Shown one piece after another: positions 48,346 to 58,391 of a stretch of DNA of 64,000 nucleotides (the first letter of the stretch is position 1; each line of letters starts with the position of its first letter). The position numbers were made by a program, and so were the translations under genes. The notes below the pieces were generated by a model that saw only the letters and a list, made by a program, of their open reading frames with translations, ran no database searches and had not been told where the DNA came from. This DNA is from Opitutia bacterium (GTDB lineage Bacteria; Verrucomicrobiota; Verrucomicrobiia; Opitutales; Opitutaceae). Location of the stretch: contig CANJVR010000001.1 of the NCBI GenBank assembly GCA_947478395.1, positions 832,001 to 896,000 on the forward strand. Direction: 5' to 3'.

Positions 48346-49476
48346 ATGAAAGCTCCGTTCTCCCTTGCTGCTGCGATCATCCTTATCAGCGCGAGCCTAG
48401 CGTCGGCTCAGCCTGCCGCCGCTCCCGCCGCGCCTGCAGCGCCCGCCGCCGCCGGACGCGCTGCACGTCCACCCGCGCCCCAGCGCGATCCACTCGCCGC
48501 GGGCTACGTGAAAGCCACGGAATTGCCCGATGGCCAGGTGCCGCCGATGGAGGCCGACGGCAATTTCATCATCGGCCCGACCCACACGCCCGCGCCGGAA
48601 ATGAGCCCCGTCAAAGAGGGCCCCAAGGGCACGGTCCACAAATTCACCCTCGATTCGGCCGACAGTAAATTTTACCCCGGCGTCGAGCGGGATGAGCCCG
48701 CCGCGGGAGCCGCGCCGGCCGGACCCAACGGCACGGTAGGCAACCATCCCAAGCCGTATAAGCGCACCGTTTCCGTTTACGTCCCCGCGCAATATGTCCC
48801 CGGGACCGTGGCGCCGGTTTTGATCACCACCGACGGCGATGGCCGCGCCTACAACGTGCTCGACCATCTTATCCCGCAAAAAAAATTGCCCGTGATGATC
48901 GTCGTCTCAATTCCGCCCGGCGGTCCCGATGGACGCGGCGGCCAGCGCAATCTCGAGTACGACACGGTGTCCGGCAAATACAGCGACTTCGTCGAGACCG
49001 AGGTCCTGCCGATGGCCGAAAAAATCGCCAACGTGAAAATCACGAAGGATCCGAACGGCCGCGCCGTGATGGGCACGAGTTCGGGCGCCGCTGCGAGCAT
49101 GACCATGGCTTGGCTTCACCCCGAGCGCTATAGCCGGGTCCTGACATTCTCCGGCACGTTCACCAACAATCAATGGCCGGTGGATCCGGCCTATCCGCAT
49201 GGCGCTTGGGGACTCCACGAGACTCTGATTCCCAACAGCCCGGTCAAAAAGCTCCGCATCTACATGGAGGTCGGCGATCGCGACAACTTCGGTGGGGACA
49301 TGCGGGACTGGGTCTTGGCCAACGAAAACATGGCAAAGGTGCTCACGGAAAAAGGCTATCACTACAAATTTGTGTTCGCGCGCAACGCCGGGCACACCGA
49401 TCGCCCGACCATTTCGCAGCTCTACCCCACCGCCCTGCAATGGATCTGGCAGGGCTATCCGATCGAGGGGAAGTGA
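48346..49476 (+). CDS. Secreted esterase (enterochelin esterase-like), paralog of 35311-36381
   Basis: YVPAQY, QRNLEYD, nucleophile GTSSG, GDRD, AGH. Confidence 0.88.
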   Translation: MKAPFSLAAAIILISASLASAQPAAAPAAPAAPAAAGRAARPPAPQRDPLAAGYVKATELPDGQVPPMEADGNFIIGPTHTPAPEMSPVKEGPKGTVHKFTLDSADSKFYPGVERDEPAAGAAPAGPNGTVGNHPKPYKRTVSVYVPAQYVPGTVAPVLITTDGDGRAYNVLDHLIPQKKLPVMIVVSIPPGGPDGRGGQRNLEYDTVSGKYSDFVETEVLPMAEKIANVKITKDPNGRAVMGTSSGAAASMTMAWLHPERYSRVLTFSGTFTNNQWPVDPAYPHGAWGLHETLIPNSPVKKLRIYMEVGDRDNFGGDMRDWVLANENMAKVLTEKGYHYKFVFARNAGHTDRPTISQLYPTALQWIWQGYPIEGK

Positions 49477-49576
49477 GCGTCCCGCCCCCGCTCCACGATG
49501 GAGCGGGGTATCGTTAGAGCCGACCCAAGAGCCCGCCGCGCCGTGGGCCGGAGACCACGGCGCCAAACTGGGCCGC

Positions 49577-50212
49577 TCAGTTTCCCCGTCGCTCCTCTGC
49601 TTTAGGCGCGGTCGTTGGCGAAACATCCGGGCCGGGCACAAAAAAATAGATGACCGCCATCGTCGCGGCGGTGCCGACGACCAAAAAGGCGATGCCGAGC
49701 TGCCGGCGCCGCGGCAACGCGAGCCAGAGAATGAAGCCGGTGAGGCACGCAAGGACGATCAAGGCCGCGCTGAAATCGATGACCCACCGCCAGGCCGGAC
49801 CGGTGTAGCGACCGCGATGGAGATTATTGATGATCGCGATCAATCCGTACTGCTCGTTATGCGCGGCGACCCGCCCCGTGGATTTAGTCACGGTGATGTC
49901 CCAGATTTGTCCCGGCTCCTTGAACGCGATCGCGTACTCGTCGTCGATGTCCGCGAAATTGGCCATGGCGCCGTGGATGCCCAGCGTCTGCCGCAGGTGC
50001 TCGACGATCCGCAGATTGTCGTGACTCGCGATCAAGGCCGGCGGGACTTGTCCGGTGTGTTCGGTCACGCGCGGCGGCGCGGAGTCGAGCAGGCCTTCAT
50101 GATTGATCGTGAAGCCCGTGACGCTGAACAGCAGCATCACCAGCAGGCCAAGCATCGTCAGATAAATATGCACGGCGCGACAGGCCGCGAGGAGGGTCTT
50201 GTTAATGTTCAC
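49577..50212 (-). CDS. PepSY-associated TM helix protein
   Basis: HIYLTM...SVTGFTINH, NLHRGR, W.WVID, TGFILW; conserved His near the TM helices. Confidence 0.88.
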   Translation of the reverse strand: MNINKTLLAACRAVHIYLTMLGLLVMLLFSVTGFTINHEGLLDSAPPRVTEHTGQVPPALIASHDNLRIVEHLRQTLGIHGAMANFADIDDEYAIAFKEPGQIWDITVTKSTGRVAAHNEQYGLIAIINNLHRGRYTGPAWRWVIDFSAALIVLACLTGFILWLALPRRRQLGIAFLVVGTAATMAVIYFFVPGPDVSPTTAPKAEERRGN

Positions 50213-50215
50213 GGA

Positions 50216-51754
50216 TCAAGTCGGGGGTAGGCCGTAAGCGACGGTCGAAGCATCCGACTCGGCGGTTTCAGTCATGGAGGCGGTCACGGGTTCAGTGGTG
50301 CAGTGCACCGTCGCCTCGCCGAACACGTGGTGTCCCTCCTCGCGGCAAAGTTCGAGCGAGATTTTGTAAGTGCCCATCGGCAGGCGACGGCCCACATCGT
50401 CTTTTCCATCCCACACTACGGTATACGAACCCGGCGGACGCGTGGCGCGGGCCGTGACGAGCGCGCTCTCATTGCTCCGGCCCAGCTCATTGGTCCACGT
50501 CGTCAATTTGCGCTGATAGCGTTCGTCGGTGCCCCAAACCGTGATCGTACGCACGACCTTCCCTTTGGCGTCCTCGACCCAAACCACCACGTAAGGCCGA
50601 TAAATCTCCTTCGGGCGGGGGCCTCCGCCAGGGCTGGGCCCGGCCGCATGTTTTTTCAAAATCACGGGCAGCGTGAGTTGAAAACCGGCGGGCCAATGAG
50701 CGGCGGCCACCGGCGCTTCCTGCGGCGCAACCGGCGCGGCCGACGGCGCCGGGGCCAATCCGTTCGCCGCGGCGGGCGCGATCAACCCGCCGCCCACGTT
50801 GTTGCCCGCGGCATCGCCGAAAAGATAACCCGTTGCGCCGTGCGCGGCCGCGAGCGTGGCCCCCGCCGCCGGGCCGCCGATGCTCGCGGCCGTCGAGAGC
50901 GCGTTGGCCGTGACGCAATCGCGCGCGACCACCGTGGCGCTGCCGCCTGCTTCGCAAGGCCACAACGTGCGCGGATCGATGAGATGGGAAAAACGTCGCC
51001 CGCCCACGTCGAAAAACCGCGCGTAGCCTCCGCTCGTGGCGACCGCCGCATCGCGCAGGGTGAAGCGCGTGAGCGGCGCCGCGTTGTCCGCTGGGTTACG
51101 CGGATCGGCCACGCCGATGGTCCACGCCGAGTCGCCCCAAGCCCGGATATCGCCGCCCAGATTGATGAGTCCGCCGGAAGCGAAACGACGCGCCACCGCC
51201 ACCGCGCGGTCGATGATGAAACTCTTGCCCAGCGCATCGACATTGAACGCCCGCGCGCGGCGCGCGGCCTGCGTCAGCGCGGCGGCCTCAGGCAACTGAC
51301 CAGTGCGAGCCGCTTCGCGCCACGCCACGATCACGCCGCCAAGACGCGGGGTGATGAGACCCTGCGTGCGCGTGGACCACGTCTCATACACGGCCAGCAA
51401 TTCCGCGAGTTCCACCGAGGCTACCGGTGCTCCAGCGAGCACCCGGCTGATTTCACTCGCGGGATCATAGGTGCTGAGGATGCCGCGCAACCGTTCAATT
51501 TCGCCGAGAATCCGCGCCTCGCATTCGGCGGCGTCGCGCGGTCTTGCCGCCTCGACGAACAGATCGAGCGAAGTCCCGAGCACGTAATCGTAGCCCGCCG
51601 AAAAAAGTTTCAGGTCCGCCGCGCGCCGCAAGGGCAGATCGCCGCTTAGAACCTGAACGGCTGCACTTAATTTAGCGCCCGGAGTGAACGCCACCAATCC
51701 CGCCGCGGCTCCAGTGAGCCAGCGCCTCGAAGGTTGCGGGAAGATTTTTTTCAT
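50216..51754 (-). CDS. apbE: FAD:protein FMN transferase (ApbE) fused to DUF2271
   Basis: SRRWL signal; LGT, DALGK, NLGGD, VATSG.Y, HLIDPRT, ANALST; C-terminal RPYVVVWVED...ATRPPG.Y...WDGKDD...REEG. Confidence 0.88.
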   Translation of the reverse strand: MKKIFPQPSRRWLTGAAAGLVAFTPGAKLSAAVQVLSGDLPLRRAADLKLFSAGYDYVLGTSLDLFVEAARPRDAAECEARILGEIERLRGILSTYDPASEISRVLAGAPVASVELAELLAVYETWSTRTQGLITPRLGGVIVAWREAARTGQLPEAAALTQAARRARAFNVDALGKSFIIDRAVAVARRFASGGLINLGGDIRAWGDSAWTIGVADPRNPADNAAPLTRFTLRDAAVATSGGYARFFDVGGRRFSHLIDPRTLWPCEAGGSATVVARDCVTANALSTAASIGGPAAGATLAAAHGATGYLFGDAAGNNVGGGLIAPAAANGLAPAPSAAPVAPQEAPVAAAHWPAGFQLTLPVILKKHAAGPSPGGGPRPKEIYRPYVVVWVEDAKGKVVRTITVWGTDERYQRKLTTWTNELGRSNESALVTARATRPPGSYTVVWDGKDDVGRRLPMGTYKISLELCREEGHHVFGEATVHCTTEPVTASMTETAESDASTVAYGLPPT

Positions 51755-51903
51755 CAAAACAGGCGGTGAATTTCAGGGCGTTCGGCGGATGACGGACGGC
51801 GTTCTCGAAAGTTCCGACGCAAGTCGCAAGCCAAGCAAGCGGCGAGGTCCGGTAGCGGCGATGAACCGGCGCGTTCGGGCGGTTTAACCAAAAGCGTAGC
51901 GCG

Positions 51904-52011
51904 TAACGACGCAGCGGCAGGCGTCCCTGCCTGCCGAAACGAGAACGCCGAACCCGGCAGGCAGGACGCCTGCTGCTACCCAAAACAGCCACGGAAAAAC
52001 TTAAACCGCTC
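51904..52011 (-). repeat. ~107-bp REP-doublet element family A, copy 2
   Basis: Reverse complement aligns end to end with 36414-36520 with a few substitutions and indels. Confidence 0.85.
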
Positions 52012-52034
52012 GAGCGATAACGCGGCCTGCCTTT

Positions 52035-53471
52035 TCAAAGCCCCGCGAGCCGGGTGTCGGCGTCGCCGAAGCGCGGGAGCTGAACGCCCACGCGATCCAT
52101 CAGCGAGAGATACAGACTGCAGAGTTTGCGGTTGTCGTCGCCCTTGGCCGTGTAGTCGAGCGTGCGGCCCGTTTCCAATGTGCCGCCAAAACCGCCGAGC
52201 GTGAGGATCGGCAGTTTGGTGTTGTCGTGGCGCGAACCCGAAAACATCGACGAAAGATAAAGCAGGCAGGTGTTGTCGAGGACCGTGCCCTGGCCTTCGG
52301 GCATCGAGTCGAGCCGCGAAGCGAGATAGGCGAGATTGCTGACGTAGTACCGGGAAATCTTCTCGTAGCCCTCGGAGAGATCGTCGTGCGAAGCCCCGTG
52401 GTGCGCGTTGCGGACGCCGAGGAACGGATAATAAAGCCCCGAGAAATCGCGACAGAGCACGAGCGACGCGATGCGCGTCTTGTCGGTTTGGAAACCGAGC
52501 GCGACGATGTCGCACATCAGGCGCATGTGTTCGCGGATATCTTCGGGCAGACCGTTGTCGGGCCGTTTCATCGTGATGAGCGGCTGGCTGGCGCCCTGCG
52601 CGTTTTCCTGCGCCTTGTTCGCCTCGACGCGCATGCGGTCGACGCGTTTCTCTACTTCGCGCACGCTGGTCAGGTACTCTTCGAGCTTCTGGTTGTCCTC
52701 GGCGCTGATCTTTCGGCTCAGGCTCGAGGCGTCGTCCTTCACACGATCGATGACGCTCTGCATGCGCTTGCTGCCGCGATTTTCGAACAGGCTGTCGAAC
52801 GCGAGCGAGGGATAAACTTCCATCGGCACCGGTGAATCCGCGCTCTGCCACGAAATATGCGAGCTGTATGCCATCGAGAAATTTGTCTCGTGATATCCGG
52901 ACATCGGTTGCTCGCACCCGAGCACCAAGCTGGGCTGCATCGTTTCCTGGCCCAAGCGATTCGCGAGCACTTGATCGACGCTGATACCGCTGCGCAGCAC
53001 CGCACCGCGCATGAGCGGCATGCCGGTGAGAATATTGCCGGTCTGGCCCGGATGGATACCCACGCCGACGGCCGGCCGGTTGAACACGCCATCGATCACG
53101 TTGAGTTTTTTCTTCAGCGGCGCGAGCGGCTCAAGCGATTTGCTCAGCTCCATGTCCGCGCCGTTGCCCTTGGCCCACCAGTGCTCCGGGTTGATGCCGC
53201 AGCCCATGAAAACAGCGGCGAAACGTTGAGGATACGGCCGGGCCGGTGGCGTCGCTCCATCCGGATTTGCCGGCGCAGCAGACGGCGTCGAGGCAGCCAA
53301 CGCAGGGAGTGAGTCCAGGAACGGCAGCGCCATCACCACGCCCGTGCCGCGGAGGAACCGGCGGCGGCTGAGCGCGCCGATGTTCGTCGGCTGGACGTAC
53401 GGCCGCATGGGCCGGTTGGAATCGAGGCCGAGCTCCTCGGGTGAATGATCGTCGTCGAAATCGTGGGACAT
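52035..53471 (-). CDS. DUF1552 protein with Tat-like signal (pair 2)
   Basis: Start MSHDFD; LSRRRFLRG, SVDQ, YSSHISW, HHGASH, VLDN. Confidence 0.92.
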   Translation of the reverse strand: MSHDFDDDHSPEELGLDSNRPMRPYVQPTNIGALSRRRFLRGTGVVMALPFLDSLPALAASTPSAAPANPDGATPPARPYPQRFAAVFMGCGINPEHWWAKGNGADMELSKSLEPLAPLKKKLNVIDGVFNRPAVGVGIHPGQTGNILTGMPLMRGAVLRSGISVDQVLANRLGQETMQPSLVLGCEQPMSGYHETNFSMAYSSHISWQSADSPVPMEVYPSLAFDSLFENRGSKRMQSVIDRVKDDASSLSRKISAEDNQKLEEYLTSVREVEKRVDRMRVEANKAQENAQGASQPLITMKRPDNGLPEDIREHMRLMCDIVALGFQTDKTRIASLVLCRDFSGLYYPFLGVRNAHHGASHDDLSEGYEKISRYYVSNLAYLASRLDSMPEGQGTVLDNTCLLYLSSMFSGSRHDNTKLPILTLGGFGGTLETGRTLDYTAKGDDNRKLCSLYLSLMDRVGVQLPRFGDADTRLAGL

Positions 53472-53517
53472 GGCGAAAGGGGGTTGGAAATTAGGCGGGG
53501 GCGAACGGAGGCGGCGT

Positions 53518-56500
53518 TCAGTTATTCGAGGCCGTTTTGATCGGACTCGGGACCGGCGCACGCTTGTTGAGAAATTGCGGGCTGGTCACGAGGGTTTCGA
53601 TGAGCGCACCGAAGCGGTTATTTTCGGCGGCCAGCTTGGACTTCATCTGGTCGAGCAACGGACCGTCGGACATGATCAACGTGCGACCGAGTCCGTAGGT
53701 GAGAAGTTTGTTCGTGAGATTATCGACAAAATCGCGTTCGCGGTGGCCGCGGATGAAATCGCGCAGACCGGCGAGGCCCGTGCCGTTGACCCCGCCCGGA
53801 AATTCGGCCCGCGCATCAATCGCGTGACCGGCAAAATCTTTTTCCCGCCGCTCGCCGATGGCGCCGAAGCCCTCAAACACCAAGCCGTAGGAATCGAACC
53901 GCGCGTGACAGCTCGCGCACACGGGATTTTCGCGATGTTTGGACAATGTCTCGCGCAGCGTGAGCTCGCCGAGACTTTTTTCGTCGGCCGGCAAAACGGG
54001 CACGTTCGGCGGTGGCGGCGGAATGCGTTCGCCCAGGACCCGGCGCACGACCCAATAGCCGCGCTTGACGGGACTCGTCCGCAACCCCGGCGAATTCGCA
54101 GTCAGAAAAACCGCCATCGGCAACAGCCCGCCGCGCTCGAAGCGACCGGCTTGCTCCACCCGCACCCAGGCATCGTTCGTGAAGTCGCCCGGCATGGCGT
54201 AGTGTTTCGCGAGCGACGCGTTCACGAAGGTGTAGTCGCCGTAGAGAAAATTCTGCACCGGACGATCCTGCTGCACGAGGTCGACGATGAAACGGATCGG
54301 CTCCTCGAACATTGCCTGGCGAAGATCGTTGTCGAAGCTCGGAAAACGCTCGCGATCCACCGCGTTGTGCTCCTCAAAGCGGCGGAAATCGAGCCAGTGG
54401 CCGGCGAATTCTGTGGCGAGATTCCGGATACGAGCATCCTTCAGCATGCGGCGCGTCTGGGCTACGAGCACGGCGGGAAGATGGAGATCGCCCGCGGCGG
54501 CGTGCGCGAGCAGTTCCTGATCGGGCATACTCGACCAGAGAAAATAACTCAGCCGGCTCGCCAACGCGTAGTCGGACAACGGCTGCACGGCCATTTTGCC
54601 TGGAGCGGTGGCTGGTTTTGCGGCCGCGGGCGCAGCGCTGGCAAATTGCGCCGAAGCCATCACGACGTTGGCGCGAGGCGAGCCTGCGTTTGACGTCATG
54701 TTCCGTCCGCCTGCCCCGCCGGCCGCTTCGACAAGATCGATGCGATAACAGAAATTCGGCGACATCAGCACGCGGACAATGCAATCGCGCATCGCATCCT
54801 CATGACCGAGGCTGTTCGCCTCGCGGGCGTCGCGGTAGAAGGCGAGCAGATCGTCTCGTTCCTTCGCGGTGAGCGGCCGGCGCCAGGCACGCTCCGCGAA
54901 ATCCTGCAACGATTTGAGGTGGCTGGGCACCGCGGCCTGGCGGGTCTCCTCCAGCCAATGAATGTCGGCGAGCGTCCGGGCAAAATGCTCCTTGCTGGCC
55001 TCGAGCGCGACGCCCTTCAGGTTTGCCTGCCGCGCCAGCGTGAGCTCGGCGAGTTTCTTGATCATTTCCTCCGACGCAGCCTCGTGATTCTCGGGCCGGA
55101 ATTGATCGAAGCCCTCGCCGCGCAACGAGCCGCCTTCGCCGCTGAGAAACGCCAGGTGCATGCGCGGTGCGACCGCCGCGTTGAAATAAAAAACGTCCCA
55201 CAGCTTATCGAGTTCGCGGCGTGAAGCGTCGTCCAACACGAGCTCCGCCAGCGGACCATCGTCGCGGAAATAGCCAGTCTGCGCGTGCAAGCCGGCGCTG
55301 AGGAGGCGGCCTTCGAGCGTCGCCTCGGTTTCAGCATCCTGAAAAACCCGCGCGCGTTCGCTGATGAAAAATGCGTCGGGAAAAATGCTGGCGAAGCGAG
55401 CGAATCCGGCCTCGTGACGGCCGCGCTCCGCCTGGTCTTCGGGCACAATGAGATCCGGGTCCGCCGAGGTACCGCGCTTTTTCGCGCGGGCCAGTTGAGC
55501 CGTGACGGACGAGGTGGCGGTAACGACGGGTGCGTTAAGAAACACGCCGCCATATTTCACGATGTCCGGAGTCTTTGGGAGCGGTCCACCCGCTTTGCGC
55601 GCGGGCTGGGCCGCGAGCGCGAGATCGGCGATTTCCAACGCGGAAAGCGCTCGGCCATCGGCCGCGGTTTTCGCCACGGGCGCGGCCGGAGTGCCCAAAC
55701 CGGCGGCGAGCTTTTCACCGACTTTCGGCGTCGCCAAAATTCCGGTGGTCGGCGCCTTGTCGAGCGCAGCCAATGCGCCGCCGGCCGCAGCGGCTGGAAC
55801 CAATGCCCCGGAGCCAAGCTCGGGCAAATTGGCCGCAAGCGTGGGCACACCCGCACGCAGACGTGAAGCATCGAGCACGCGACGATTAGCCGCCATTTGT
55901 CGATCCTTCCAAAGCACGGCCGGCTGCGAGCCGCCACCGAATCCACCGCCGCCCAAATTTGGCACGTTCGGCACGAGTTGATCGCGCAAATTCAGGACCC
56001 AGTCGCGCAATTGCCCGGCGCGGGCGCGCATCGCCGCGGGATCGGTCGCAGCCGGCACCGGCCACGCGCGCCACGCGGCCTGCAATTTGGCGATGGGGCC
56101 GACTTGCTCGGCGGGGTCGTTTAGGGCCGACCAGATCGTGTTGAGATATTTGGCGCTGACGTTCGTTTCCTTCGCGATATCCGTGAGCGTGACCTGCGGA
56201 CGCCCCATTTCGGCACGGTGCTGGAAGCGCCAGGCAGCGAGGAAATATTCGCCGAAATCCGTGGGCTGCCGCAGGTAGAAATCGACGATGCGCAGGACAG
56301 AATACTTGTCGCGGTCGTTATCATCGAGCATCGGATGCGGCGCAAAAGTGAAACCCTCCGGCTGCAGCACCAGATTGTCCGCAACCAGTTTGGCGGCGGC
56401 GAAATATTTTTTAACCAGCGCCGGCGACATCGTGAGCGACTCACCGGTGTTGTCGAAGCCGGCCTGATTCGCGGGATCGACGGGAAATTCCTTCGTAGGG

Positions 56501-57003
56501 CGAAGATCGACGCCGGTGAGATCGCGGATGGTGTAGTCGTACTCGGCGTTGTTCAGGCGCCGGGCCAAGACGGGGCCGGGATCGCCCAGGTGTTTGTCCG
56601 TCTCGTTTTTGCGGAGCGCCTGAATCCACGCCACGATTTCAGCTGATTGCCTGGCGGCGGGATGTTTTTTCGCTTTTTCCGGCGGCATTTCGCCCGCTTC
56701 GAGTCGCTCCTGAATCAACTCCCAATAACTGAATCCAGACACGACATTTGGTAACGTCGCAAACGCGCTCAGGTCGAGATCGGCCTCGGGCTTGTCTTTG
56801 CCGTGACAGGAAACGCAGTACGTCGCGACGAACGGGTGAACCGTTTTGTTGAAGCCCTGCTCGAGGGCGGCGTCGGTGAGCGCGGGAGCGGATGCAGCCG
56901 CGCCGAAGGCGAAGGGCGCGAGGCCAACAAATAGAGCAACGCCGAGCACCGTTGGCACAGGAAAAACATTCATTCGTGACAGCTTCATTAAATATTTAAT
57001 CAA
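53518..57003 (-). CDS. DUF1587/1595/1592/1588/1585 multi-domain diheme protein (pair 2)
   Basis: CVSCH, RRLNNAEY, LASRLSYFLWSSMPD, TSPVKRG, CASCH; start may be ATG 56988 or 56973. Confidence 0.92.
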   Translation of the reverse strand: MIKYLMKLSRMNVFPVPTVLGVALFVGLAPFAFGAAASAPALTDAALEQGFNKTVHPFVATYCVSCHGKDKPEADLDLSAFATLPNVVSGFSYWELIQERLEAGEMPPEKAKKHPAARQSAEIVAWIQALRKNETDKHLGDPGPVLARRLNNAEYDYTIRDLTGVDLRPTKEFPVDPANQAGFDNTGESLTMSPALVKKYFAAAKLVADNLVLQPEGFTFAPHPMLDDNDRDKYSVLRIVDFYLRQPTDFGEYFLAAWRFQHRAEMGRPQVTLTDIAKETNVSAKYLNTIWSALNDPAEQVGPIAKLQAAWRAWPVPAATDPAAMRARAGQLRDWVLNLRDQLVPNVPNLGGGGFGGGSQPAVLWKDRQMAANRRVLDASRLRAGVPTLAANLPELGSGALVPAAAAGGALAALDKAPTTGILATPKVGEKLAAGLGTPAAPVAKTAADGRALSALEIADLALAAQPARKAGGPLPKTPDIVKYGGVFLNAPVVTATSSVTAQLARAKKRGTSADPDLIVPEDQAERGRHEAGFARFASIFPDAFFISERARVFQDAETEATLEGRLLSAGLHAQTGYFRDDGPLAELVLDDASRRELDKLWDVFYFNAAVAPRMHLAFLSGEGGSLRGEGFDQFRPENHEAASEEMIKKLAELTLARQANLKGVALEASKEHFARTLADIHWLEETRQAAVPSHLKSLQDFAERAWRRPLTAKERDDLLAFYRDAREANSLGHEDAMRDCIVRVLMSPNFCYRIDLVEAAGGAGGRNMTSNAGSPRANVVMASAQFASAAPAAAKPATAPGKMAVQPLSDYALASRLSYFLWSSMPDQELLAHAAAGDLHLPAVLVAQTRRMLKDARIRNLATEFAGHWLDFRRFEEHNAVDRERFPSFDNDLRQAMFEEPIRFIVDLVQQDRPVQNFLYGDYTFVNASLAKHYAMPGDFTNDAWVRVEQAGRFERGGLLPMAVFLTANSPGLRTSPVKRGYWVVRRVLGERIPPPPPNVPVLPADEKSLGELTLRETLSKHRENPVCASCHARFDSYGLVFEGFGAIGERREKDFAGHAIDARAEFPGGVNGTGLAGLRDFIRGHRERDFVDNLTNKLLTYGLGRTLIMSDGPLLDQMKSKLAAENNRFGALIETLVTSPQFLNKRAPVPSPIKTASNN

Positions 57004-57021
57004 AATTCCCGGCGCTAACCG

Positions 57022-58386
57022 TTACAGCCCAGCCAAGCGGTTATCGGCATCGCCAAAGCGATCGAGCTTCACGCCCATGCGGTCCATGATACCCAAATAA
57101 AGACTGCTTACTTTGCGGTTTTCATCCCCCGCTTCCAAGTAGTCCAACGCCCGTCCGGTCTTGAGCGTGCCGCCCAGTCCACCTGCGGTCACAATCGGCA
57201 ACTTCTTGTTATCATGCCGCGTGCCGGAAAACATGTTCGACATGAACATGAGGCAGGAGTTGTCGAGGACCGTGCCCTCGCCTTCCGGCATGGCGTCGAG
57301 TTTCTTGGCGAGGTAGGCCATCTGGCTCAGATGGAAACGTGCGATGCGCTCGTAGCCCTCGGACGTATCGGTGTGCGAGGCGCCATGGTGCGCGCCGTTC
57401 ACGTTGAGAAACGGATAAGTGAGCGACGACAAATCGCGGGCGAGAATCAGGGAAGCCACGCGGGTCTTGTCGGTTTGGAATGCCAGGGCGACGATGTCGC
57501 ACATCAGGCGCGTGTGTTCGCGGAAATCTTCCGGCAGTCCGTTCTCGGGCCGTTTCATGGTGAACAGTGCCTTGCCGGACACACTGGCGCGCTCCTCGGC
57601 CTTTGACTTGTCGGCGCGCATCCGATCGATGCTGCGTTCGACGTCGCGGACACTCGTTAGGTATTCGTCGAGCTTGGCGTTGTCGGACGCGCTGATCTGC
57701 CGGCTCAATTTCGCGGCCCGGTCCTTGACGCGGTCGAGGACGCTGATGTTGCGCGCCTGACCGCGGTTCTCGAAGAGACTGTCGAAGGCCAGCGAGGGGT
57801 ACATTTCGTTCGGCACCGGCGAATCGGCGGTCTGCCAGGAAATGTGCGAGCTGTAGGCGTTCGAAAAATTCGACTCGTGGTAGCCGGTCATCGGCTGCTC
57901 GCAGGCGAGCACCATGCTGGATTGAATCGTGTTTTGTCCCACGGTGTTCGCGATGACCTGATCCATGCTGATGCCGCTGTGGATGATCGCGCCTTTGCGG
58001 AACGGTACGCCGGTGAGCAGATTGCCGGTTTGCGCCGGATGAATGCCCTGGCCCGTGGCCGACTTCGTGTAGAGACCGTGGATGACGTTGATCTTGGTCT
58101 TGATCGAATCGAGCGGTTCGAGCGTTTTGCCGAGCTCCATGTCGGCCCCGGAGCCCTTGGCCCACCAATGATCGGGATTAACGCCGCAGCCCATGAACAT
58201 CACGGCAAAGCGCTGGGGCAGCGCCGGGCTTTGGCCGTCCAAAGCCTTGGCCGCGGGCACCGCGGCCCCGAACACCGGCAGCGACTCGAGCCACGGCAAC
58301 GCCATCGTCACGCCGACACCTTGTAAAAATGTGCGCCGGGTAAAATCGGGTGCCTGACCAGTGAACGAGCTGAGTTTTTTGTTCAT
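57022..58386 (-). CDS. DUF1552 protein with Tat-like signal (pair 3)
   Basis: Start MNKKLS; FTRRTFLQG; highly similar to the pair 2 protein. Confidence 0.92.
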   Translation of the reverse strand: MNKKLSSFTGQAPDFTRRTFLQGVGVTMALPWLESLPVFGAAVPAAKALDGQSPALPQRFAVMFMGCGVNPDHWWAKGSGADMELGKTLEPLDSIKTKINVIHGLYTKSATGQGIHPAQTGNLLTGVPFRKGAIIHSGISMDQVIANTVGQNTIQSSMVLACEQPMTGYHESNFSNAYSSHISWQTADSPVPNEMYPSLAFDSLFENRGQARNISVLDRVKDRAAKLSRQISASDNAKLDEYLTSVRDVERSIDRMRADKSKAEERASVSGKALFTMKRPENGLPEDFREHTRLMCDIVALAFQTDKTRVASLILARDLSSLTYPFLNVNGAHHGASHTDTSEGYERIARFHLSQMAYLAKKLDAMPEGEGTVLDNSCLMFMSNMFSGTRHDNKKLPIVTAGGLGGTLKTGRALDYLEAGDENRKVSSLYLGIMDRMGVKLDRFGDADNRLAGL

Positions 58387-58391
58387 GGGGA

